The notes beneath the pieces were generated by a model. That model saw only the letters and a program-made list of their open reading frames with translations. It had not been told where the DNA came from and did not search any database. DNA of 32,000 nt from Nostoc punctiforme PCC 73102. Its GTDB lineage: Bacteria; Cyanobacteriota; Cyanobacteriia; Cyanobacteriales; Nostocaceae. The stretch is taken from contig NC_010628.1 of NCBI RefSeq assembly GCF_000020025.1, forward strand, positions 5,880,001 through 5,912,000. Direction: 5' to 3'. Below, one piece after another: positions 24,825 through 32,000 of the stretch (position 1 is its first letter; each line of letters opens with the position of its first letter). Made by a program: the position numbers and the translations under genes.

Positions 24825-26027
24825 TTATTCAAAACGGAAGCGTTTCATGAAGCGGCGGTCAATGCAATCTTTGTAATGCCACAAGAGTTTATGAGGTGGT
24901 AAAGTAAAGATGCCTTTGGTTGCGATCGCTTTTCCATCTCCTGTACCAATTAGACTTAAATATTGTTGCTGCGGCTTATAGGGTTTGAGCGATTTCCCTA
25001 ATATAATTCGCTGCAAATTATTAAATAAAGGTTTACCTTGTCTAACAGCAAATACCCCAGCTTTTGGACGCGGATAATTTAACATTGTGGCGATGTCACC
25101 AGATGCAAATACCTGCGGGTGCGTTTGAGATTGTAACGTGTCTTCTACCAGAATAAAACCTTGCTCATCAGTTCCTAATCCCGCAATTTTTAACCATTCG
25201 GGTGCTGAAGCTTGTGTTACCCAAAAAATTTTATTACACTCTACTCTCAAACCAGAGTTGCACTTAATTTCAAATGTTTCTCTAGTTTCCTTGGAGTTTT
25301 TAGGTGCGATATTACACACATTTTCTCCAAGATATAGCTTAATACCCCGCTCGGTGAGAATCTGCTGAAGTTGATGCCGTACTGATTGATGATAATTGGG
25401 CATCAGTTGTATGTTACGCTGAAATAAATGAATTTCCAGATTTTGAATTGGTTGTTGATTTTGATGTAAAATCTGATGTAAATGAGATTGCATCGCCAAC
25501 GCCAATTCTACACCGCCAGCACCTCCACCTGCGATCGCAATCCGAATTGCTTCTTGAGGATTTTTACCTACAGCTGCAATTAGTTCATACCAATGTTCCA
25601 ATAGCTGGGATACTGGTTTAGCTGCGATCGTATATTCTGCTGCTCCTGATACAGACACTCTGGCCGGAGTGCTGCCAATATCAATAGACAGCACATCAAA
25701 ATCTACCGCCAATCCGTTAGCACAGAGAACTTTGTTGTTTTCCAAGTCTAGGGCAACTACTCTGTCAATATACAAATTTGCTTGAGCAAAGTTAGCCAAT
25801 GGTTTCAAATCAATATGACATTCATCATGGGTGTAAAATCCAGCAATATGTCCTGGTAACATTCCAGAGTAGGCTGTCTTTTGATTTGCAGTAATCAACG
25901 TCAAACGCACTCCGGGTAACGGCTTCATTCCAAACATTTTCAGGGCAATTGCATGGCTGTGACCGCCACCAATCAGCACTAAGTCTTTAAACATAGTATG
26001 TTGACAGTAATCATTAATTATTTTCAT
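24825..26027 (-). CDS. FAD-dependent pyridine nucleotide-disulfide oxidoreductase family protein (NDH-2-like)
   Basis: 400 aa. N-terminal dinucleotide fold DLVLIGGGHSHAIAL, a second Rossmann motif IRIAIAGGGAGGVELALAM, and the C-terminal FASGDIA motif. ATG 25994 (MFKDLVLIGGG...) is a plausible alternative start. From memory, similar domains occur fused to SelD in some cyanobacteria. No SelD part is present here. Confidence 0.75.
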   Translation of the reverse strand: MKIINDYCQHTMFKDLVLIGGGHSHAIALKMFGMKPLPGVRLTLITANQKTAYSGMLPGHIAGFYTHDECHIDLKPLANFAQANLYIDRVVALDLENNKVLCANGLAVDFDVLSIDIGSTPARVSVSGAAEYTIAAKPVSQLLEHWYELIAAVGKNPQEAIRIAIAGGGAGGVELALAMQSHLHQILHQNQQPIQNLEIHLFQRNIQLMPNYHQSVRHQLQQILTERGIKLYLGENVCNIAPKNSKETRETFEIKCNSGLRVECNKIFWVTQASAPEWLKIAGLGTDEQGFILVEDTLQSQTHPQVFASGDIATMLNYPRPKAGVFAVRQGKPLFNNLQRIILGKSLKPYKPQQQYLSLIGTGDGKAIATKGIFTLPPHKLLWHYKDCIDRRFMKRFRFE

Positions 26028-26741
26028 ACTGTAAAAAAAAATTCATCAATTAATAACAGTCAATTAGTAAAAATATGTCTGGGGATACAGGCTTTCCAAA
26101 AACAAGTTAACCAAACTCAGGATAAGTCCCCAAAAGAGCATTTAAGAAGAGCAATTGAACAACTAGAAAGTAATACAATAGAAAACAGTCTAGCTGTAAT
26201 TAATGATTTAGAGCTAATTGCCAAAAATCATCCACAGTACCACTGGATAATTATGAACATTCTTACTATTTTTATCCGAAACAATACTCTTTATATACCT
26301 CAAGAAGAAGTAACGATTAATCTGCTAGAAAAAGTTCGTCTAAATATTCAAGCAGCCCTTAGCGTTATCGCTAAAAGAGATATAAATAAAGACCCAGAAA
26401 ATGAGCAGCTTGATTTAAGTTATATCGATATGAGAGGAGCAAACCTGAATAAGGCGAATCTACAACAGACAAATCTTTATCAAGCTAATCTTGCTGGGGC
26501 GAACCTTACAGAAGCTAATCTTGCAGGAGCAATTCTCAGTGCAGCTAACCTCGAAGGTGCGAACTTATATTTAGCTAACCTCGAAGGGGCAATTCTTAGT
26601 GCAGCAAACCTAAAAGGAGCTAACTTAAAAGGGGCTAACCTGCATTGTGCAAGCTTATATCTAGCTGATTTACATGGGGCAATTCTCAATGATGCCATAC
26701 TTGATGGGGCTAACCTTAGAGAAGCTAAATTCTCTGAGTAA
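25998..26741 (+). CDS. Pentapeptide-repeat protein, short paralog lacking the membrane anchor
   Basis: 247 aa. The C-terminal half is A(D/N)LxG pentapeptide repeats (ANLNKANLQQTNLYQANLAGANLTEANLAGAIL...). The preceding module HPQYHWIIMNILTIFIRNN...IQAALSVIAKRDINKDPENEQLDLSYIDMRGANL is homologous to the next gene. The first ~40 codons are AT-rich and overlap the divergent gene start, so the start call is uncertain. Confidence 0.75.
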   Translation: MLTVIINYFHTVKKNSSINNSQLVKICLGIQAFQKQVNQTQDKSPKEHLRRAIEQLESNTIENSLAVINDLELIAKNHPQYHWIIMNILTIFIRNNTLYIPQEEVTINLLEKVRLNIQAALSVIAKRDINKDPENEQLDLSYIDMRGANLNKANLQQTNLYQANLAGANLTEANLAGAILSAANLEGANLYLANLEGAILSAANLKGANLKGANLHCASLYLADLHGAILNDAILDGANLREAKFSE

Positions 26742-26966
26742 AACACCAGTCCTGCAAGGCGAAAGTTAAAATTAAAAAGCTTATAGGGTAGGATTTTCAC
26801 CAATTTTCAGTAATTGTTCAATTTTCGCCTTAATCTACTACTATATTCGATATTATTACCTAGTTAAAGAGGTCTTCTGACACCTATTATAATTTTCTGC
26901 TAAATGCTATACTATTTTTTCCAAACATCTAAGTAATAATTCTAAGTTGTAAGGAAAATCTTTACC

Positions 26967-28442
26967 ATGTCTTCTAAAAAGACAGACACTCTGTTGAATT
27001 GGTTGATAACTATAACAGTTATATTTGGCTGCTCATTGATTGTAATTTTCTTTGCTTTATCCAGTATTAAAGAATTGTCAATTCAGGAAAAAATTCAGTA
27101 CAGAAACCAAGCTTTAACAACTGCTGCAATAGTTTTTCTGGCATCGGCGGCAATGTTTAATACCTATTACGCAGCAAAGCGGGTCCAAGCGATGCAGAAA
27201 AATGCGATCGCAGCTGAGAAAAACCTCGAAATTGGCCTTCAAAATGCCAAACTCAATCAAGATAGATTGATTTCAGAACGCTTTATGGGGGCAATTTCCC
27301 AGCTTGGTCATGATAAAGTTGAAACCCGAACAGGTGCAATTTATGCCTTAGAAAGAGTTGCTCAGGATTTTCCTAAAGAACACTGGACAATCATGGAAAT
27401 CCTTACTGCCTTTGTGCGAGAAAATGCAGCTATCCAGCAGGTGAAGGTTGAGCAACAAAAGCCGGAATATGCACCAGATGCTTATTCAGGTAGGCGTAGA
27501 GGTGGGTCGCGTCCGACACAGCAGTTAGAGCAAAATCTCCATGAAGAATTTCCAACAATCCGCACTGATATTCAAGCAGCCCTAACTGTTATCGGCAGGC
27601 GTAATTTACTCGAAGACCCAAAAGATCAGAAACTTGATTTACGTCATATCGACATCAGACGAGCAGACCTGCTAGGAGTTAACCTACAACAAGCAGATTT
27701 ACGTGGTTCTGACTTGAGCGGGGCTGACTTGCGTGGAGCCGACTTGAGTGAGGCTGACTTAAACGGCGCTAAACTCATTAGGTCTATTCTCTATGAAACC
27801 AAATTACTACAAGCCAGCCTCTGTGGAGCTAATCTATGTTGGGCTAATCTTAATCGTGCTAATCTCTCAGGGGCTAACCTGCGTTCAGCCAACCTTTCTG
27901 GAGCAAGTCTGCGTATAGCGAATCTCCAAGGAGCAAACCTCTATAAAGCCAACTTGCAACAAGCAACTTTGAAAGTCGCCAATCTCTCTGGCGCAAAGCT
28001 GTTTTTAGCCAACTTGCAAGGTGCAAAACTGGGTAAAGCCAACCTAAATCTAACGGGTTTGATAGGTGCTAATCTTTCAGGGGCTAACCTGAATGGAGCC
28101 AACCTTTCTGGGGCTAACTTGAATGCAGCCAAACTCCACCAAACAGAAGTCTATTTTGCCAATCTCTCAGAAGCCAGTTTAACGGAAGCTGACCTGCATC
28201 AGGCAAACCTGATTGGAGCCAACCTGCATAGAGCGACCTTTTATCAAGCTAACCTGACTCAGGCAAACCTGATGGGAGCTAACTTCTTAGAAGCTGACCT
28301 CAGTGATGTCAAACTGGAAGGGACAATTTTAACAGGGGCTAAAAACTTAGAGTTGCATCAGATTAGAAAGGCACTTGGCGATCGCACCACTCGCCTACCT
28401 GATTATATAGAAGCACCAACAGATTGGCGGCAATCAGGTTGA
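26967..28442 (+). CDS. Membrane-anchored pentapeptide-repeat protein
   Basis: 491 aa. Two N-terminal hydrophobic helices (LLNWLITITVIFGCSLIVIFFAL, ALTTAAIVFLASAAMF) and a helical module ERFMGAISQLGHDKVETRTGAIYALERVAQDFPKEHWTIMEILTAFVREN. About 250 residues of pentapeptide repeats follow. Confidence 0.9.
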   Translation: MSSKKTDTLLNWLITITVIFGCSLIVIFFALSSIKELSIQEKIQYRNQALTTAAIVFLASAAMFNTYYAAKRVQAMQKNAIAAEKNLEIGLQNAKLNQDRLISERFMGAISQLGHDKVETRTGAIYALERVAQDFPKEHWTIMEILTAFVRENAAIQQVKVEQQKPEYAPDAYSGRRRGGSRPTQQLEQNLHEEFPTIRTDIQAALTVIGRRNLLEDPKDQKLDLRHIDIRRADLLGVNLQQADLRGSDLSGADLRGADLSEADLNGAKLIRSILYETKLLQASLCGANLCWANLNRANLSGANLRSANLSGASLRIANLQGANLYKANLQQATLKVANLSGAKLFLANLQGAKLGKANLNLTGLIGANLSGANLNGANLSGANLNAAKLHQTEVYFANLSEASLTEADLHQANLIGANLHRATFYQANLTQANLMGANFLEADLSDVKLEGTILTGAKNLELHQIRKALGDRTTRLPDYIEAPTDWRQSG

Positions 28443-28495
28443 GTTAACGCAGCATCAGTTAGTTATTTGGGCGCATTCTACCGTTTTCACTCAGC

Positions 28496-28885
28496 TTATT
28501 TTTCCAGACTCCAACCCAGTGCTAAGGCTACTTCAGCAGCTAATTCTAGCGGATTAAATGGTTTAGCGATCGCACCAATCATTCCCATCTGATTATAACG
28601 ACGGCGATCGGAAGCCTGGATTTTGGCAGTTAACAAAATTACGGGAATTTTTTTAGTTACCGGATTAGCTTGTAACTTTTCAAAGGTGGCAATCCCATCC
28701 ATATCTGGCATCATTACATCTAGTAAAATCGCATCTGGTTGGTAAGTCTCAGCTTTCATTATCCCCTCTTCACCTGAACTCGCTGTTTCAACTTTCCAGC
28801 CTGCAACCGTTTCCAAGCAAATCTTGGCAACTTCTTGAATATACTGCTCGTTATCAACCACTAGAATTTGCTTTGTTGCCATCAA
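28496..28885 (-). CDS. Single-domain (CheY-like) response regulator
   Basis: 129 aa. ILVVDNEQ...DAILLDVMMPDMDG...VILLTAK...AIAKPF gives the receiver Asp, Thr and Lys positions. There is no output domain. Confidence 0.9.
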   Translation of the reverse strand: MMATKQILVVDNEQYIQEVAKICLETVAGWKVETASSGEEGIMKAETYQPDAILLDVMMPDMDGIATFEKLQANPVTKKIPVILLTAKIQASDRRRYNQMGMIGAIAKPFNPLELAAEVALALGWSLEK

Positions 28886-28912
28886 TTGCTATCCTCTTAT
28901 TTGGTTGTGATT

Positions 28913-29018
28913 CAATACTTCTCGCTTTGTGCATTTTTAACTCGGAATCAGGTTTGGGGTAAAGGTTTTTTCTGTCCCTTTCCCCTTTTCCCTTTTCCCC
29001 AAAATCCGAGAAGTATTG
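28913..29018. repeat. Nested inverted repeats flanking a purine-rich tract between the hybrid kinase and the CheY-like gene
   Basis: The outer repeat is a perfect 12-bp pair, CAATACTTCTCG (28913-28924) / CGAGAAGTATTG (29007-29018). The inner pair is TTTGGGG (28953-28959) / CCCCAAA (28997-29003). The interior on the minus strand reads GGGGAAAAGGGAAAAGGGGAAAGGGACAG. Confidence 0.7.
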
Positions 29019-29048
29019 GGTTTTGATTAATGCACTGAAGTAACTCCA

Positions 29049-32000
29049 TCAATCGTTGTTCAAATTCCTGGGGGTAATACGCCCTTTAGTCAAAAATTCT
29101 GCATCTTGACTTGCGTGGCTATTTATGATTTGGTCATGACGACTATAAATTACAGGAATATTGGAAGAGTTTTGTAAATCAGTATGTGGGAAAGTCCCAA
29201 ACAACGGCAGAGTGACGTAAAAAGTACTACCTTCGCCCAATATACTCTCAGCCCAGATGCGTCCGCCGTGCTGTTGCATAATGCTTTTACAAATTGCCAA
29301 ACCTAAACCAGTACCATCATGGTTACGTGAATCTGAAGAGTCAACTTGTTGAAAGCGTTCAAATATACTCTCAAGTTTGTCAGTTGGGATACCGCGTCCG
29401 GTGTCTTTGATGGTTAACAAAACTTCATCGCCTTCTTGTTGTGCCCCCAACCAAACCGTAGATCCAGCAGACGAAAATTTAATGGCGTTACTCAGTAGGT
29501 TAGTTAAGGTTTGGACAATGCGATCGCAATCTGCCAATACTTGACCGGATAGAGCAGAAATGGATAGTGTCACTCCGGCTTTGTCAGCCAAAGGCTGGAT
29601 GACATTTACTGCTTGAGTAATCAAATCAACGATATTGCAGATTTCTGCTTCCATCTTCGCCTTACCCGACTCAATCCGCTCAATGTCTAGAATGTCGTTG
29701 ATTAAACGTACTAGGCGTTCGGTGCTATCAGCAGCAATTTGCAACAGACGTTTTCCCTGCTCTGAGTCTGTCGGCAGCAAACCACTGGCTAGCATTCCGA
29801 GAGAGCCGTAAATCGAAGTTAAAGGTGTGCGGAGTTCATGACTAACAACAGAGACAAACTCGTCCTTCATCCGTTCGATTTGCTTGCGCTCTGTGACATC
29901 TCGTAAGATGACCGTATAAAATATCTCATCACCCATATCTATTTTAGAGATAGAAGCTTCTGCTGGAAACTCACTTCCATCCTTTCGGCGACCATAAATT
30001 TCACGCCGTTCTCCCATGCGCCGGGCAACATTGGGAGATTGCCCAAAGTCCGCTACGTGTTGACGATGTGCTTGGAAAAAGCGCTGCGGTAAGAGTAAAT
30101 CAAGACCTTGGCCAATCACTTCCTGGGCACAGTAACCAAAAATCTTCTCTGCTCCTTGATTAAACAAGGTGATATTGTGGAACCCGTTGATAGAAATAAT
30201 TGCATCATCAGCAATATCTAAAATTCGGGCAAATCGGGCTTGAGAAAACCGTAATTCTTCCTGCGTTTGCTGACGTTCATCAAGTTGTGACTGCAACTGC
30301 TGATTCACACTTATTAACTCGGCAGTTCGCTCTGCTACCCTCAACTCTAGTTCATTGATAGCTCGGTGAGAGAAAGATGGGGGTGAATTTACTTCCTCCG
30401 CTCCCCCTGCCCCTCTGCTCCCCTGCTCCCCTGCCCCTCTGCTCCCCTGCGTCACACGCTGCCGTAATTTCATTCGTTCTAAGCGATTGACGATCCGAGT
30501 TACAAGTTCTGGCCCGACAATGGGCTTGCTTACAAAGTCATCAGCACCAATGCTAAATACCTGATTTACCATCTCGGCATCGCTATGAACAGTGAGGAAT
30601 AAGATGGGTAACTCACTCCAGTGTGAATCGTTGCGTACTAATCGACAAAGTTCTATCCCATTGATATAAGGCAATTCCACATCTAAAATCAGCATATCTG
30701 GGGCAACTGCTTCTAAAGTTTCCCAGAACTGAAGCGGATTTTCAAGAGCGATCGCTCTGAGTCCCCAAGGACTAAGTAAGGTTTGCAACAATGCCTGAAT
30801 TTGCGGATCGTCATCCACAACCAATATTTTAGTTTCTGCATCGGGATGATTTTGCAGTGGTTGCGTCACTGTTTCTACTTGGGAGATTGACGATCCAGAT
30901 ATTGCCCCTGCATCGTTTCCCTCTATTTCTCGACGCAATAAATTTACCCAAATTTGGAGGTTGCCAATCTCAGATTTACTCAAGGTTTGATCATAACTCA
31001 GCAGCAGTTCGATATTGCGGGCCCATTTTGAGCCAAGAGGCAAGCCAAAAGTGCCTAAAGACCCTGCCAAAGTATGGGCTTCTTTGGCTGCAAGGGAGAG
31101 TAATTCGGGATTTAAACTATTATTTTGATTTAAAGTTGCGATCGCTTGCTCTAGCACCCTCACCTGCTGCTCCACCCGCCCTTGAAATCGTTGCCAAATT
31201 TCTGCAACTGCCATTAGTGCTTGCTGCTGTGATTTGAGATTGGGTATCGGCGATTTTACCCTATCTACTTCCCCTCTGCTCCCCTGCTCCTCTGCCCCTC
31301 TGCTCCCCTGCTCCCCGGCTCCTGCGCCCCTGTGCTTATCCTCTTCCAGAGGTTTCAGACGATAGCCAATACCATAAACTGTTTCAACCAAATCACCGGG
31401 CGCTCCTACAGCTTTAAGTTTTTGTCGTAACCCTTTGATATGAGTGCGAACAGCTTCTTCTTGGGGAGTATCTTCATAAGACCAAAGATGCTCTAAAATC
31501 ATGCCACAGCTAAACACCCGACGACTATTTCGCAAGAATAGTTCTAACAGAGCAAACTCTTTTGGGGTAAGTGGGAGCAGGTTTCTAGCATAAACCGCTT
31601 CACAGCTACTAGGATCTAGGCGCAACTTCCCAGACTCCAGCACCGGTGGCGAGGTTACGGCTGGGCGACGCAACAGCGCCCTTATACGAGCAACTAACTC
31701 TTCTATATCAAAGGGTTTAACTAAATAATCGTCTGCACCTGCATCTAAGCCGATTGCTTTCTCATGACTACTATTGCGCCCTGTCATCAACAAGATCGGC
31801 ATTTGCAGATTATTAGACCGGATTTTACGACAAAGACTAATGCCATCCAGCTTGGGCAAAACTACATCCAGGAGAATTAAATCATAATCGTAAGCTTGAA
31901 TACAATCCCAGGCAGCATCGCCATCAGTGGCAACTTCAACCGCATAGTTTTGGTTAGTCAAAAGGTTAGTCAGTGTATATGCATTTAACCCATCATCTTC
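29049..32000 (-). CDS. Multidomain two-component protein: REC - OmpR-type winged helix - Hpt - REC - PAS - HisKA - HATPase (5' end beyond the window)
   Basis: The ORF track starts it at TTG 31961, but the frame stays open to position 32000 (EDDGLNAYTLTNL upstream), and a receiver domain needs about 10 more N-terminal residues. The motifs are listed in the finding covering 29049-32000. Confidence 0.9.
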   Translation of the reverse strand, partial: EDDGLNAYTLTNLLTNQNYAVEVATDGDAAWDCIQAYDYDLILLDVVLPKLDGISLCRKIRSNNLQMPILLMTGRNSSHEKAIGLDAGADDYLVKPFDIEELVARIRALLRRPAVTSPPVLESGKLRLDPSSCEAVYARNLLPLTPKEFALLELFLRNSRRVFSCGMILEHLWSYEDTPQEEAVRTHIKGLRQKLKAVGAPGDLVETVYGIGYRLKPLEEDKHRGAGAGEQGSRGAEEQGSRGEVDRVKSPIPNLKSQQQALMAVAEIWQRFQGRVEQQVRVLEQAIATLNQNNSLNPELLSLAAKEAHTLAGSLGTFGLPLGSKWARNIELLLSYDQTLSKSEIGNLQIWVNLLRREIEGNDAGAISGSSISQVETVTQPLQNHPDAETKILVVDDDPQIQALLQTLLSPWGLRAIALENPLQFWETLEAVAPDMLILDVELPYINGIELCRLVRNDSHWSELPILFLTVHSDAEMVNQVFSIGADDFVSKPIVGPELVTRIVNRLERMKLRQRVTQGSRGAGEQGSRGAGGAEEVNSPPSFSHRAINELELRVAERTAELISVNQQLQSQLDERQQTQEELRFSQARFARILDIADDAIISINGFHNITLFNQGAEKIFGYCAQEVIGQGLDLLLPQRFFQAHRQHVADFGQSPNVARRMGERREIYGRRKDGSEFPAEASISKIDMGDEIFYTVILRDVTERKQIERMKDEFVSVVSHELRTPLTSIYGSLGMLASGLLPTDSEQGKRLLQIAADSTERLVRLINDILDIERIESGKAKMEAEICNIVDLITQAVNVIQPLADKAGVTLSISALSGQVLADCDRIVQTLTNLLSNAIKFSSAGSTVWLGAQQEGDEVLLTIKDTGRGIPTDKLESIFERFQQVDSSDSRNHDGTGLGLAICKSIMQQHGGRIWAESILGEGSTFYVTLPLFGTFPHTDLQNSSNIPVIYSRHDQIINSHASQDAEFLTKGRITPRNLNND
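30401..30450. repeat. Octamer array (TCCCCTGC / CCCTCTGC units) in frame at the REC2-PAS junction
   Basis: ctccccctgc ccctctgc tcccctgc tcccctgc ccctctgc tcccctgc, translated on the minus strand as QGSRGAGEQGSRGAGGAEE. Confidence 0.9.
31270..31335. repeat. Octamer array (TCCCCTGC family, degenerate) in frame at the wHTH-Hpt junction
   Basis: tcccctctgc tcccctgc tcctctgc ccctctgc tcccctgc tccccggc tcctgcgc ccctgtgc, translated on the minus strand as HRGAGAGEQGSRGAEEQGSRGE. Confidence 0.9.

Noticed and set aside
26480-28132. Minus-strand ORFs 26480..26803 and 27941..28132 (LAP.RLA periodic peptides)
   Set aside because: Antisense reading of pentapeptide-repeat DNA is itself periodic and free of stops. 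The sense frames carry the canonical A(D/N)LxG repeats and conserved N-terminal modules.
30857-31237. Plus-strand ORF 30857..31237
   Set aside because: It is antisense to the Hpt/REC2 region of the large two-component gene. It has no motifs.

Overview
This looks like a chromosomal segment from a filamentous, Nostocales-type cyanobacterium. The evidence is the very frequent HIP1 octamer (GCGATCGC), a psb30/ycf12 gene, stop-free 7- and 8-nt micro-repeat arrays, and many PAS/GAF sensor and pentapeptide-repeat genes. The taxon is an inference.

Gene content, left to right:
- Two adjacent sensor histidine kinases. The first runs off the left edge and is missing from the ORF track.
- A small His-box membrane protein, a GNAT acetyltransferase and a GAF-PAS hybrid kinase.
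- A BtuF-like binding protein with no signal peptide.
- A split UPF0016 (Mnx/PAM71/TMEM165-type) half-transporter pair and a YkgJ Cys-cluster protein.
- psb30, which is below the ORF-track size cutoff.
- recJ and a small exported protein.
- A decayed UPF0175/DUF3368 toxin-antitoxin pair.
- A pstSCAB phosphate transporter operon led by a sulfate-binding-protein-like gene.
- An intact DUF104/PIN toxin-antitoxin pair and a 630-aa TPR protein.
- An FAD oxidoreductase, two paralogous pentapeptide-repeat proteins and a CheY-like receiver.
- A protein of at least 983 codons, running off the right edge, that combines REC, OmpR-type wHTH, Hpt, REC, PAS, HisKA and HATPase domains.

I saw no rRNA, convincing tRNA, CRISPR array or transposase.

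Most notable observations:
1. The single-chain phosphorelay with a DNA-binding output.
2. An octamer array (GCAGGGGA on the coding strand, translated GAGEQGSR) lying in frame at three coding sites. One is a composite 7-nt / core / 8-nt cassette inside recJ. The other two sit exactly at domain junctions of the phosphorelay protein.
3. A sulfate-binding-family gene heading the pst operon.

All functional calls rest on motif recognition by eye. No database search was run.
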